DNA of 64,000 bases from an uncultured Verrucomicrobiae bacterium (GCA_963806855.1 CAWDYW010000002.1:128001-192000); one strand, 5' to 3'. Counted from the stretch's first letter, positions 39,849-50,615 are shown. Program-made: numbers and translations. The notes: a model not told the origin generated them from the sequence alone.

Positions 39849-40700
39849 ATGTTAAGAAAGTGGATCGCTAAAGGTCTCGCCATCGCCCTCTGTGCAGGAA
39901 GTATTGCCCCCTTAAGCGGAGAGGAGACTCCCTATTCCTACTCAGGGCAGCAAATCGTCGCCGAAGTAGAGTCCTCCTATAAGAAAGGGGAGTATGAAAT
40001 TTTCCTAGAGCAACTACACGAGCAATACCAAAGAGCCGGCAAAGCAGGTGTCTTACGGGGAGTTTTTGAAAGCGCCAAAGCCGTGATGCCCGTTTCGGCA
40101 ACTGTAAAAGATCAGAAAGAGTACCGCTCCGAGCTCGCCCAGCTCGATCAGGAGCGCAATAAGCAACTCCTCGAAGCGGTCGGCGATAACAAAGATTCGG
40201 CAATCGGCAACAAAATTGAAGAGATTTCCTCCTATAAAATTTCCCAAGAGCAAATCGAGGTCCTAGCTGAACTCGATACACTCAAATACCAAGTCCCACA
40301 AGATGCCAAAGCGACGATGGACAATAAAATTGCTGCTCTGGAGATCGAGTATTACATCAAGTCGCTCCTACTGGATGTCGCCTCTCAAAAATCGGGATCA
40401 TCTCCTGAAGAACTAAATAAAAAGAAAATCGCCCTTGTGCTCAAAAAACTCGACCTGATGGAAGCTGCTGCGCAAGAATATAATGATGAAATTTGGATGA
40501 AAAAAATTGCCGTTGCAAAAGAGGGATTTCGCACTGACAAAGCATACAAGATGGATGTTGCGGTCCTAAAGGAACTAGCAGCTGGCAACATCAATCCTGA
40601 AAATCCTGTTGAAGAAAAAGTGAAAGGAATTATGATAGACTTTCTAAGCCAGCGCACCGCGAAAACCGACCAATATATAGCTGACTTAGGCAAATCTTAG
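39849..40700 (+). CDS. Secreted hypothetical helical protein
   Basis: Sec-type signal peptide; AGGAG RBS. Confidence 0.8.
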   Translation: MLRKWIAKGLAIALCAGSIAPLSGEETPYSYSGQQIVAEVESSYKKGEYEIFLEQLHEQYQRAGKAGVLRGVFESAKAVMPVSATVKDQKEYRSELAQLDQERNKQLLEAVGDNKDSAIGNKIEEISSYKISQEQIEVLAELDTLKYQVPQDAKATMDNKIAALEIEYYIKSLLLDVASQKSGSSPEELNKKKIALVLKKLDLMEAAAQEYNDEIWMKKIAVAKEGFRTDKAYKMDVAVLKELAAGNINPENPVEEKVKGIMIDFLSQRTAKTDQYIADLGKS

Positions 40701-40757
40701 TACTTGGAGCCGTCTCGGGCAGGGGAATCTACTTCCCCCAAAGAAAGGTGTCCTTTT

Positions 40758-40793
40758 AAAAGCTCTCAGGTTCTCCCCCTGAGAGCTTTTTTT
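40758..40793. terminator. Bidirectional intrinsic terminator
   Basis: AAAAGCTCTCAGG-loop-CCTGAGAGCTTTT. Confidence 0.85.
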
Positions 40794-41151
40794 ATTCTTC
40801 TTCTTCAGTTTCTTCTTTTTCTTCTTCGAATTCCTCTTCCTCGGCAGTGCGGCTCTCGATCCATTCTCTGAAGAAGATATAGACGCCCCCGATGGCGAAG
40901 AGGACGGGGAGGAAGACTTGCCACTGGATTTCGAACTGGACCGTTACCCAGGCACCGATAAAGACGAACAGAGTGATCCCCATGTCGTAGTGGCGTCCCT
41001 GGAGATATTGGAGGATCGCCAAGGGGACCCCGACGACGAGCATGATCCCGGGCCACCAGTTGTTCAGATAAGTGATGATGACGATCCCAAATAGGAACAG
41101 GACCAGAGCGACGATTTTCGCCCGTTTGCGCATGAGCAAGGGTTTGGACAT
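40792..41151 (-). CDS. Small 4-TM membrane protein with an acidic tail
   Basis: WWPGIMLVVG; Glu-rich C-terminus. Confidence 0.8.
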   Translation of the reverse strand: MSKPLLMRKRAKIVALVLFLFGIVIITYLNNWWPGIMLVVGVPLAILQYLQGRHYDMGITLFVFIGAWVTVQFEIQWQVFLPVLFAIGGVYIFFREWIESRTAEEEEFEEEKEETEEEE

Positions 41152-41208
41152 AGGACTACCTCTAAAACTCACATTACGGTGATCGTCTTTTTTTTAAAAT
41201 ATTTTTTA

Positions 41209-42756
41209 TCAGTTGGCGCATTGGGAATACTCAACTTGTGTTGAATAGTTGTCGGCGTCGACTACCCAGCCGCCGCCGAGGGCTTGGTAGATGCTGATCA
41301 GGCTGGTGTAACTTTGCCCAAGGGTTTGAGTGTAATTGACTTGTGTCGAAAGGAGGTCGATTAGGGCGTCGAGGAAGGCGATCATATCGGTTTGCCCATA
41401 TTCATATAGGTATTCGTTAAGGCGGACAAATTCTTTTAAAGCCCGGATTCCAGCATTTTGCTCTTTGACCAGTTTGAGGGTAAGGGTATGAGAGATCAGG
41501 GCATCGTTGACCTCTTTAAAGCCGTTGAGCACAGCCTGTTGGTAGGCGTGGACGAGGGTCTCTTTTTGGGCCTCGGCTAGGCGGAGTTGGTAGGTCAAAT
41601 TGCCCCCGGTAAAGATCTCTTGCAGGAGGGTGACACCATATTGCCAAATGGTCGAGGGGTTTTTGAGCAGCTGGTGCAGAAATGAGCTTTGGGTCCCATA
41701 TTCGCCAGTGAGGGAGATTTGGGGGAAGAATGCCGCCCGGGCGACGCCGATTTGGGCATTGGCAGCGATCAAGTTTTCCTCGGCAGCGAGGATATCGGGA
41801 CGTTGGTTAAGCAGGTCGGAGGGGAGGAAGGTGGGCACTTGCGGCGGCATGGAAATTTCGCTGAGGAGTTTGCCTCGCGGCATATCGGCAGGTGGGCGAC
41901 CGACGAGGATGCTGAGGAGGTCTTCTTGGATGCCAATGGAGATTTTCAGTTGCTCGACTGTGGTCTGGGCGCTCGCGACGTCAGCTTTTGCTAGTTCGAC
42001 ATCGACATCGCTCACTTGCCCGAGGTGGTAGCGCGCTTCAGTCAATTTGAGGATTTCCAAACGGGCATCGAGGAGGCCATTTGCGAAATCGACCTGCAGG
42101 TCGAACTGTCGCATTTGGATGTAGGAGCTGGCGACCGCGCTGACGACGGTGAGGACGACGGTTCTGCGCACTTCGATCTGGGCGAGGAGCTGGTGGAGGG
42201 CTACGTCATTGGCGCTGCGGATCTGCCCCCATAGGTCGATGTACCAAGAGCCATTGAGGACCATCGTATAGAGGGGCTCTTTGGTCGGTTGGCCGGGTGT
42301 AATGGGGACGAGGATGGTGGTCGCCGACTCTTTTTGTCTAATCGCTTCGATGTTGCCGCTGATTTGGGGGTAGAGCTGGGAGCGGGAAATGCCCAGCTGC
42401 GCCATGAATTGTTCGACACGGTAGATCGCCGTTTTGATGTCTTGGTTGTATTGGAGAGCCTGCGTGACCAGCTCATTCAAAACGGGGTCTTGCAGCAGGG
42501 TCCACCAGCAGGTGTTTGGGTTGCAGGAGATCTCTTCCGGCTCGATGCGCCACTGGCAGGGGATTTCGGGTTCAGGGCGGCAATATTTGGGTTGGAGGGT
42601 GCAAGCGCTTAAGAAAATGAAAGAAAGGATGGGCCAACGACCTTTTTCAACGCAAAGACGCAGAGACGCAAAGACGCAAAGAAAAAACCAATTTTTTTTA
42701 TTTTTTGCGTCTTTGCGTCTCTGCGTCTTTGCGTTGAAAAAAGTCTTCAATTTCAT
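41209..42756 (-). CDS. RND efflux outer-membrane lipoprotein (OprM/NodT family) with an in-frame palindrome in its signal peptide
   Basis: LSAC lipobox, WWTLLQDPVLNELV, PSDLLNQRPDI, YQALGGGW; ATGA overlap with the RND gene. Confidence 0.92.
   Translation of the reverse strand: MKLKTFFNAKTQRRKDAKNKKNWFFLCVFASLRLCVEKGRWPILSFIFLSACTLQPKYCRPEPEIPCQWRIEPEEISCNPNTCWWTLLQDPVLNELVTQALQYNQDIKTAIYRVEQFMAQLGISRSQLYPQISGNIEAIRQKESATTILVPITPGQPTKEPLYTMVLNGSWYIDLWGQIRSANDVALHQLLAQIEVRRTVVLTVVSAVASSYIQMRQFDLQVDFANGLLDARLEILKLTEARYHLGQVSDVDVELAKADVASAQTTVEQLKISIGIQEDLLSILVGRPPADMPRGKLLSEISMPPQVPTFLPSDLLNQRPDILAAEENLIAANAQIGVARAAFFPQISLTGEYGTQSSFLHQLLKNPSTIWQYGVTLLQEIFTGGNLTYQLRLAEAQKETLVHAYQQAVLNGFKEVNDALISHTLTLKLVKEQNAGIRALKEFVRLNEYLYEYGQTDMIAFLDALIDLLSTQVNYTQTLGQSYTSLISIYQALGGGWVVDADNYSTQVEYSQCAN
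42643..42741. repeat. Palindromic element family B, 99 bp, inside a CDS
   Basis: TTTTTCAACGCAAAGACGCAGAGACGCAAAGACGCAAA...TTTGCGTCTTTGCGTCTCTGCGTCTTTGCGTTGAAAAA. Confidence 0.92.
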
Positions 42757-45700
42757 GCCTTAGGCTCCTCTTTCTTTTTCACTTTGATCCGCTTGGCACA
42801 GAGGACAAAGAAGAGGGGGACGAAGCAGAGGGCAAGGGTCGTTGCGGCGATCATCCCGCCGAGGACGCCGACGCCGACCGAGTGGCGGCTAGCGGCACCG
42901 GCTCCCGAACTGAAGACGAGGGGGAGCACGCCGCAGATAAAGACGAGCGAGGTCATGATGATGGCTCGGAAACGGAGGCGGGCCGCTTCGATAGCAGCAT
43001 CGGTGACCGACATCCCTTCCTCCATCTTCATCAGGGCGAATTCGACGATCAGGATCGAGTTTTTTGCCGATAGGGCGATCAGGGTGACCAGTCCAATTTG
43101 GAAATAGACGTCGTTAGACATCCCTAAGAGTTTGATGGCGATGAAGGCCCCCAAGGTTCCAAAGGGGACGATCAGGATGATGGCGAAGGGCAGCGACCAC
43201 CTTTCGTAGAGGGCCGACAGAATGAGGAAGACCATCACGAGGCCGGCGATGAAAGCAACCGACGAGGTGCCGCCGCTGGCGATTTCCTGATAAGCCTGGC
43301 CGCTCCAGCCGTAGTACATATCCTCTGGCAGCACGCTCTTGGCCAGCTCTTCCATCGCCTGGATCGCTTGGCCCGAGCTGTACCCTTTCGCAGGGCCGCC
43401 GATGATTTGCGCACCGGGGAAGTCGTTGAAGCGGCTGATCAAGTTGGGCCCCGATTTATATTCGACGTTCACCAGGGAGTTGACAGGCACCATCTGATTG
43501 TAAATAGAGCGGACGTAGACATCTCGGAGGTTTTCCAGTTTTTCTCGGTAGGAGGGCTCTGCTTGGACGAGCACCTGATAGACGAGTCCAAATTTGTTGA
43601 AGTTATTGATATAGTAGGAGCCAAAGAAGGCTTGGAGCGTCTGGAACACATCGGCGATGGCGACTCCCATGCACTTAGCTTTACTCCGATCGAGGTCGAG
43701 GAAAAATTGCATATTGTCGAACGAGGCCGTGGTATGCAAAGCGTCAAGCTCGGGCCGTTTTTTGGCTGCGGCGAGAAATTTGCCCAGGGTCTCTTCTAGG
43801 GCTCTGCTGCCCCCTGTCCCCCGATTTTCGATCCAAAATTCAAATCCGCCTACCGTTCCAAGTCCTTGAATAGCCGGTGGGTTGACGGTGAGCACAGTAG
43901 AATCTTGGATTTTGTAAAGGAAGGCCTTATTGAGCTCTTGGATCACTGCATCTGCGTGCATGTTTTTCTTTTTCCGGTATTTCCAATCTTTGAGCGTGAT
44001 GAAGTGAGTGCCGACGGCGGTCCGGTCGATGCTTTCGATCAGGCTAAAACCGGTGAACGAAACCACCTTGTCAACAGCATCATTCTCCTTGCAAATTTGA
44101 TAGATCTGTTCAGTGACTTTGGCATTCCGATCGAGGCTCGCCCCATCGGGAAGGTAGGCCAGTGCAATCACATACCCCTGATCTTCATTGGGGACAAAGC
44201 CCGTCGGCGTCGTCTTAAAAAAGTAGAGCAGGAGGGCAACGAGTATACAGAATAGGATGATCGCGGATATGGTACGTTGAATGACAAAGCCGGCAATTTT
44301 TAAATAGCCATGCGTCACTTTTTCGAGACCTCGATTGAACCGTTCAGCCCATTTAGATGTCTTTTCATGCGGTTTGAGGACAATCGCCGCAATCGCCGGA
44401 CTTAACGTCAGGGCCACTAGCCCAGAGAAAAAGACCGAAATCGTAATCGTGATGGCAAATTGTTTATAGAGCTGCCCTGCGATCCCTCCAAGGAAGGCGA
44501 TCGGGATAAAGACAGCGCAAAGGACAAAGACAATCGCAATCACCGGCGCCGTCACCTCATCCATCGCTTTGCGAGCCGCATCGCGAGGGGAGAGCTTGAG
44601 AGTTCGCATGTTCCTCTCGACGTTTTCGGCCACCACAATCGCATCGTCGACCACAATTCCAATCGCCAGCACCATCGCAAAGAGAGTGAGCGTATTGATC
44701 GAATAGCCGATGACCCAGATACCGGCAAAAGCCCCTAAAATCGAGACGAGCAGAGCCATAAACGGGATCAACGTAATCCTTAAGTTTTGCAGGAAAATGA
44801 ACATGACGATCACGACCAGGATCGTCGCTTCGAAGATCGTGTGAACCACCTCTTCGATCGAAAGTTGGATGAACGTAGTCGTGTCGTAGGGGATCGAATA
44901 CTCAAGCCCCTCGGGAAACCGCTTTGAAATTTTCTTCATCGCCGTCCGGATCGATTCGGCGACATCGATCGCATTGGCCCCATACTGCTGATAAATCGCG
45001 AGGAGAATGGCTGGCTTTCCGTTGACAGAGCCGTCGACAAGATAGTTTTGAGCTCCCAGTTCTACCGAACCGATATCTTTCACTCGGACGATTGCCCCAT
45101 TGATGTCAGCCCGCACAATGATATCGCTGAATTGCTCCGGAGTCGACAATCTACCCAAAGCTCCCATCGGCACGGTCAGCGAAACAGCGTGGGCATTAGG
45201 AGCTTGGCCCACCTGACCGATCCCGAAGTCAGTATTTTGCTCATTGATCGCATTGACGACATCGGTTGTCGCGATCCCCAGCTGCGCCATCAGGTCGGGC
45301 CTAAGCCACACCCGCATCGCATAGTTGCGTTGTCCGATAGTGGTGATCGAGCTAATCCCAGGAAGAAGCTCCAGCTCATTGACCACATTCACCAAAGCAT
45401 AATTGCTCATAAAAAGCGTATCGTAACGGTCGCTGGGCGATTGGATCGCCACGACGAGCAGAATATTGGGCGTCTGCTTGGTAATCGTCAGCCCCTGCTG
45501 CTGCACCTGCTGCGGTAGCTGCGCCAAAGCCTGGTTGGCCAAATTTTGCACATGGATTTGGGCCACGTTGGCATCGCTTCCCAGAGCAAAATAGACCTCG
45601 AGATTCATATTCCCAGTCGAAGAGTTTTGCGAATACATGTAGATCATGTTTTCGGCGCCCAGAATCTGCTGCTCAAGAGGCGAGGCCACATCGTTGGCCA

Positions 45701-45872
45701 TCGTCTCGGCATTGGCCCCATTGAACGTCGCCGACACCACAATTTCAGGGGGAGTGATATTGGGATACTGCTCAATTGGAAGATTGCGCATCGCCGTCAA
45801 ACCGGCGAGCGCGATCACAATCGAGATCACACTGGCGAAGATCGGATGGTCGATAAAGAAACGGGAGATCAT
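42753..45872 (-). CDS. HAE1-family RND efflux permease (AcrB/MexB-like)
   Basis: MISRFFIDHPIFA, GIVVDDAIVV, AKNSILIVEF, RFRAIIMTS. Confidence 0.96.
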   Translation of the reverse strand: MISRFFIDHPIFASVISIVIALAGLTAMRNLPIEQYPNITPPEIVVSATFNGANAETMANDVASPLEQQILGAENMIYMYSQNSSTGNMNLEVYFALGSDANVAQIHVQNLANQALAQLPQQVQQQGLTITKQTPNILLVVAIQSPSDRYDTLFMSNYALVNVVNELELLPGISSITTIGQRNYAMRVWLRPDLMAQLGIATTDVVNAINEQNTDFGIGQVGQAPNAHAVSLTVPMGALGRLSTPEQFSDIIVRADINGAIVRVKDIGSVELGAQNYLVDGSVNGKPAILLAIYQQYGANAIDVAESIRTAMKKISKRFPEGLEYSIPYDTTTFIQLSIEEVVHTIFEATILVVIVMFIFLQNLRITLIPFMALLVSILGAFAGIWVIGYSINTLTLFAMVLAIGIVVDDAIVVAENVERNMRTLKLSPRDAARKAMDEVTAPVIAIVFVLCAVFIPIAFLGGIAGQLYKQFAITITISVFFSGLVALTLSPAIAAIVLKPHEKTSKWAERFNRGLEKVTHGYLKIAGFVIQRTISAIILFCILVALLLYFFKTTPTGFVPNEDQGYVIALAYLPDGASLDRNAKVTEQIYQICKENDAVDKVVSFTGFSLIESIDRTAVGTHFITLKDWKYRKKKNMHADAVIQELNKAFLYKIQDSTVLTVNPPAIQGLGTVGGFEFWIENRGTGGSRALEETLGKFLAAAKKRPELDALHTTASFDNMQFFLDLDRSKAKCMGVAIADVFQTLQAFFGSYYINNFNKFGLVYQVLVQAEPSYREKLENLRDVYVRSIYNQMVPVNSLVNVEYKSGPNLISRFNDFPGAQIIGGPAKGYSSGQAIQAMEELAKSVLPEDMYYGWSGQAYQEIASGGTSSVAFIAGLVMVFLILSALYERWSLPFAIILIVPFGTLGAFIAIKLLGMSNDVYFQIGLVTLIALSAKNSILIVEFALMKMEEGMSVTDAAIEAARLRFRAIIMTSLVFICGVLPLVFSSGAGAASRHSVGVGVLGGMIAATTLALCFVPLFFVLCAKRIKVKKKEEPKA

Positions 45873-47011
45873 TTTTTATCCTGCGATGGCCCGCTCACCC
45901 ACGTTTTCACTTCCACAGCTTTTCCGGGGCTTACCTTATTGACCCCGTCGACCACCACCACATCACCCTCTTTAAGCCCCTTCTGGATGATCCAATAATC
46001 CTTGTACCAATCGCCCGCAGTCACCGGCCTCGACTCGACCTTATCCTCATTGACCACATAGACGAAATTGCCCTTAGGCCCCTGCATGACCGAAGCCTGT
46101 GGCACCACAATCGCATTAGGCCGCACCGCCCCCTTCACGATCACCCGCGCAAACTGCCCAGGCCTCAGCCAAGCCTCAGGATTGGCAAAAATCGTCCGGA
46201 TCAGCATCGTCCCTGTCGGCTGATCGATAGCTGGATTGGTGAAGTCGACCGTCCCTTCCGTCGGAAAGACCGTATTATCGCTTAAGATCACCTCGATTTT
46301 GTAGTTGTTGTTCTCAGGATAAACCAGCTGGTGACTCTCGTTTTCCTTGCGCATCTTTAGAATATCGCCGTCGGGCACATTGATATTGACCCAGATTGGA
46401 TCGATCACATAGATCGTCGTCATCAAATCGCTAAAGAAGCCGGCCCGGATCAAGGCACCCTCCCTGAAGGTTGCCTTGCTGGCATAACCTGTTACCGGAG
46501 CGATAATCGATGCAAACTCCAATTGGATTTGGGCCGCATCGACATTGCCCTGAGCCGTATAGACCTGCCCTAATGCCTCCTGTTCCCCAGCGATGGCCGC
46601 ATCGAGTTCCCTTTCACTTAACGCATTTTGCTCATAAAGGGGGACCGTTCGCTCCCTCGTCTGGACCGAATTCCACAGAGTCGCATCCGCGGTCGCCAGT
46701 TGACCCACATTGCTATCCAGTGCAGCGATGAAAGGGCGCCGATCCAAGACAAACATCAGATCGCCCACCTTGACCAGCCCCCCTTCCTTATACGTAATTT
46801 GGTCCAGATACCCTTGAACCTGGGCCCGCAATTCGACAATATGGGAGCTCTCAGCCACCCCGACATACTCGAAGTCAGCCGGAATCGTCTGCGGCTCAAT
46901 CTTAATAGCAGAAATGGGCAATGGGGGAGGTGCGGCAGGTTTTTTATGACTGCAAGAAAAGCAGAATAGAAACAAAAAAGAATAAAGAATCAATCTAAAT
47001 GAATCTGCCAT
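45869..47011 (-). CDS. RND periplasmic adaptor (membrane fusion lipoprotein)
   Basis: CFSC lipobox, VELRAQVQGYL, IIAPVTG, LRPGQFARV. Confidence 0.94.
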   Translation of the reverse strand: MADSFRLILYSFLFLFCFSCSHKKPAAPPPLPISAIKIEPQTIPADFEYVGVAESSHIVELRAQVQGYLDQITYKEGGLVKVGDLMFVLDRRPFIAALDSNVGQLATADATLWNSVQTRERTVPLYEQNALSERELDAAIAGEQEALGQVYTAQGNVDAAQIQLEFASIIAPVTGYASKATFREGALIRAGFFSDLMTTIYVIDPIWVNINVPDGDILKMRKENESHQLVYPENNNYKIEVILSDNTVFPTEGTVDFTNPAIDQPTGTMLIRTIFANPEAWLRPGQFARVIVKGAVRPNAIVVPQASVMQGPKGNFVYVVNEDKVESRPVTAGDWYKDYWIIQKGLKEGDVVVVDGVNKVSPGKAVEVKTWVSGPSQDKK

Positions 47012-47065
47012 TACTACTATTACCCTTATTCGGGTAATAGCAGCATGGCAGCATTAGGTCAACGA

Positions 47066-48370
47066 TTAAATTATGCTGAACATTCTCAAGGCGAGAAGGG
47101 TACAAGAGGGTATTACGACTGAAGCAATCGCTGCTTTGTGCTTTTTCGCATATCTATATGTCTTATAAGCAGCCTTATTAACAAAATTAGGCATTATTCT
47201 GCTGGGCGACTTGGCTATTGCCATCGCACCATTCAAGCCCCACTGAACCCAACCAGGTTTAGTAGTAGGATTCTTAAGAAGCTCAAGTCGTTTAATCGTT
47301 TCTGTCAGGGAGTTCCAGATCTTTTCCTTTCCATCGGCAGTTGAAGCACTATGAAACATATCGATCCTCATCGCTTCAAGATTCTCGATCATTGCATCAA
47401 TATCAGCCTGAGGGACATCATCAAAATCTATGTCCTTAAGCTGCTCTGCACCACGAATCATCTTTTTCTCTAGGGAAATTCGTGAGCGGGCGTTGTCCTC
47501 TAACCGAAGCGATTCCCCGTGTTTCTGGCGACCAATGAATTTAAGCTCCTTCTTTCTGAGAAGTTTTGGGTCAGCAAGGAATTTTAACATCTCTTCTTCA
47601 GAGATATCCCCGGTTGTTTTCTTAAAATTCACATAATTTAGAGTGCCAGCGGCCTTTTTTTCTTTAGAACTTTTATCTTCCTTTTCCAATTCTGCTTTGG
47701 ATGGCAACTCTCCAACGGTTGCAGGCATTGCATGCCTAGCGTCAGACCAATCTACAACTCCTAACGTACTTCTCATAGTTGGAAAGTCTATAATAGCATT
47801 CCAGGCATGAGAAGCTCGTCGCCCCAAACTAGCAGGGGTCGCTGTCCATTTACCAATGCTACCATTGCCATCTTGGTCAAGTGCAATTTTATCTAAATTA
47901 ACTTTTATTCCATATTTTACAATTGTAATTGGGTTGCCTTCAAATGTGATTTCTCCATTAACATTTATTTTCCCTTCTATTACCTTTTCACAATTTACTG
48001 TTGCGCCTACAGCCGCTAGGAATCCTTTTTTCTCCCCATTTTTTGTTTTTAAATTTCCAACCTTACCCTGTAATTTGGAAGGAAGTGTGACTGTAAATTC
48101 TATATTGCCATCGGCAGTGCGCCTAATTTCCAGGGCAGAATCAGCAGGGAGGTCAGAATCCTCTCTTAAAGAGTTAAATAAGCCTCTCAGTCCGGCCTCG
48201 AAATTGTCCATCTTTCGTGCGTGAATATTTTGAGATGCAACGTTTTGAACATTTTGGGCACCTTGCGCTGCATTGTTATTGTTGGGTTGAAGTGGACCTG
48301 GTTGACCATTATTGGCTGCCCCTAAGTCTTCGAATTGGGGACCTTGACCTGCTTGAACTGCATTAAACAT
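47066..48370 (-). CDS. Hypothetical protein (beta-rich domain, helical module, C-terminal TM)
   Basis: AT-rich ORF with a low-complexity N-terminus; shares domains with the next two genes. Confidence 0.8.
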   Translation of the reverse strand: MFNAVQAGQGPQFEDLGAANNGQPGPLQPNNNNAAQGAQNVQNVASQNIHARKMDNFEAGLRGLFNSLREDSDLPADSALEIRRTADGNIEFTVTLPSKLQGKVGNLKTKNGEKKGFLAAVGATVNCEKVIEGKINVNGEITFEGNPITIVKYGIKVNLDKIALDQDGNGSIGKWTATPASLGRRASHAWNAIIDFPTMRSTLGVVDWSDARHAMPATVGELPSKAELEKEDKSSKEKKAAGTLNYVNFKKTTGDISEEEMLKFLADPKLLRKKELKFIGRQKHGESLRLEDNARSRISLEKKMIRGAEQLKDIDFDDVPQADIDAMIENLEAMRIDMFHSASTADGKEKIWNSLTETIKRLELLKNPTTKPGWVQWGLNGAMAIAKSPSRIMPNFVNKAAYKTYRYAKKHKAAIASVVIPSCTLLALRMFSII

Positions 48371-48546
48371 ATTGTATCCTCCTGGATTGTTTTTATTATA
48401 ATCCAATTATAACAAAATATTAATTATCTGTAAACAAAAATTTAATACGATCTAAATATAATTTAAACTAAAGATGTAATGGTCTGACTATAAGGTAGTT
48501 GAGGTTTTTATAGGTAGAAAGGGCTAAGCGGGAGCAGGATAGATGC

Positions 48547-50529
48547 TTATTCCCATTTGATTGCAGAAAATGTTGCTTTCAGAGCTTCTTGAGAATAAGT
48601 TATACTCATTTTAGAAGGCGTCCAGAACTTTTTATAATCGATATTAAAAGTGAAGGAGCCGTCCTGATTGCAGATGATATCGGTTAAATGACCGCTAAAG
48701 ATTTTATAATTTGTTGCCGTTAGCTGGCCGCTTTCCATGGTAAGTTTCATATTTACAAAGTCAGGTGTAAAACAATTCTGTTCAGCAGGAAAAGTCATTG
48801 TCCCACCAGAAGCCCATGTTTCTCCGGGTTTAGCTATTTCTCCAAATGTTCCATTTTTCTTCTCTAAATTTAAAAGATACAAGCTGCCTGCTGCTTTCCC
48901 CTCGCCGCCTAAGAGATTTGCAAGCGTTATAAATGAAGTTTGAAGTTTGAGCTGATTTAATTCATCACTTTTATCCCTTAAGTTATCTAATTTTTGACCT
49001 TCTGGCTTTAAGATAAAAGGAAAGTCGGTTCTAATCATCACTACAATCCGCTTTAATGCATGTAAATTAAAGTCATACATATTTGTTTCGTTTATCTCCA
49101 GGTTGAACAACTTTTCCATTACGCCAACAATTTCGCTTTGTTGCATTTCTTCAGATTGATCCAGAGATATAACTTTTTTCTCATCTTTCTTTTTCTTACA
49201 TTCTAGTTGCGCGATATCACTTCGAATTGATTCCAAGGCGGCTTTTCTAATTATTTGATCCATTAATGATCGGATTTGCAATTTTGAATCATCATTATCT
49301 ACATTTGCGGTCATCGCTTCTTTTAATGTTCTTAATTGATTTCTTAAAGCAGCGAAGTTGATCTTTTTATTTGTAGGATCGATGTTCAAGTTGGCGAGTT
49401 TTTTTGCAGCTTCCATTATCTTTGCTTCATTTTGACCATTTGGCTGACCTTGAATGAGAACTTTCTTGTCATTTAAAAAGTTAAGATTGTTTATATCTGA
49501 GAGCTCTTCTAAAAATTTAGGTTTCCCAAGTTCTATTAAGAAGTTTTCAACATTAAAAATCATCGGAGGTGCTGAATTTGCCTTTTTAATTGGAGGAGGG
49601 GGACTTTTGCTGACAACTTGCTGCTTACTTGTAGGCTCGGCTTTCTTTACTATAGCTTCTTTCGGGCTATCCTTTTTAGGTTCTGTAGCAAGCGGTGTTG
49701 AAGATCGTTCTAAATGATTTTTCCAGCAGACAATTTTAAAGATCGTTTGATCCATGAGGGTTTCAATGTATGTTCGAGTGTCTTCTTCTATAGCATTTTC
49801 TAACGCTTCAGTTTTAATTGCTTCTAAGTTAGTTTTAACATTGCCGAGATTGATCTTTTTTTTATTAATATTAACTTCCTCAATCTTAAGGCTGGCTAAT
49901 CTTTCTACCATTTCTACTGTGCGAATTGATCTAGGATCCAACGACTTGAGTGCATCTCGAGGATTTATCCCTTGCCCCTCTACAACAATATTTCCATTTA
50001 AAGGATCGGGGGATGAGAGTTTCTGTAGGAAATTGTCTTTGTTTAATAGGATTTCGGCTTTGGGTACTGAAGTTTTTTCGGAGGCCTGGTCAACTTTTAC
50101 GGGTTCTGGTTCTTTCTTAGATAAGCCCTCAGCGGAAGTGACGCATTTTTTATGTTCGGGTCCTAGTGTAAAGAAAACAGTCTCTTCGGGGGCATTTGCC
50201 GTCGATCCAATGTTTAATAGGATTTCGGCTTTGGGTTCTGCAGTTTTTTCTGGAGCGGCGGGTTTTGGGGCTTCGGCGTTTGGTGCTGGAGGCTTTGCGG
50301 GAACGACGGCGTCTTTTTTAGGTTTTTCTTCATTTGCCTTCGATCCAAATATGGAATCCCAAAGAGCTGAAGCAAGTTCTGCAAGGAGGACGAATCCATA
50401 CGCGATGCCTAAGACGATCACTGTGACGCTGCGCCCATTTAGAATGCTAGGTTTCTGTTTGGGCGCAGCAGCATCTGGGTTGAGAACTTTTAAAGAGGTA
50501 GTTAATACAATATTTGAGAATATATCCAT
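48547..50529 (-). CDS. Hypothetical protein (TM, repeated helical modules, C-terminal beta-rich domain)
   Basis: 660-aa ORF; PKAEILLN and LMDQ.I.K each occur twice. Confidence 0.8.
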   Translation of the reverse strand: MDIFSNIVLTTSLKVLNPDAAAPKQKPSILNGRSVTVIVLGIAYGFVLLAELASALWDSIFGSKANEEKPKKDAVVPAKPPAPNAEAPKPAAPEKTAEPKAEILLNIGSTANAPEETVFFTLGPEHKKCVTSAEGLSKKEPEPVKVDQASEKTSVPKAEILLNKDNFLQKLSSPDPLNGNIVVEGQGINPRDALKSLDPRSIRTVEMVERLASLKIEEVNINKKKINLGNVKTNLEAIKTEALENAIEEDTRTYIETLMDQTIFKIVCWKNHLERSSTPLATEPKKDSPKEAIVKKAEPTSKQQVVSKSPPPPIKKANSAPPMIFNVENFLIELGKPKFLEELSDINNLNFLNDKKVLIQGQPNGQNEAKIMEAAKKLANLNIDPTNKKINFAALRNQLRTLKEAMTANVDNDDSKLQIRSLMDQIIRKAALESIRSDIAQLECKKKKDEKKVISLDQSEEMQQSEIVGVMEKLFNLEINETNMYDFNLHALKRIVVMIRTDFPFILKPEGQKLDNLRDKSDELNQLKLQTSFITLANLLGGEGKAAGSLYLLNLEKKNGTFGEIAKPGETWASGGTMTFPAEQNCFTPDFVNMKLTMESGQLTATNYKIFSGHLTDIICNQDGSFTFNIDYKKFWTPSKMSITYSQEALKATFSAIKWE

Positions 50530-50615
50530 AGTCTTAATTATATATTAACAAATATCAATTAAAATTACAATATAATATTAAAAATATTTTATAATTACAG
50601 ATAATTGATTAAGAA

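Noticed and set aside
49754..50548. 264-aa plus-strand ORF
   Set aside because: Antisense shadow of the Lys/Glu/Pro-rich 48547-50529 gene; no RBS or recognisable motifs.
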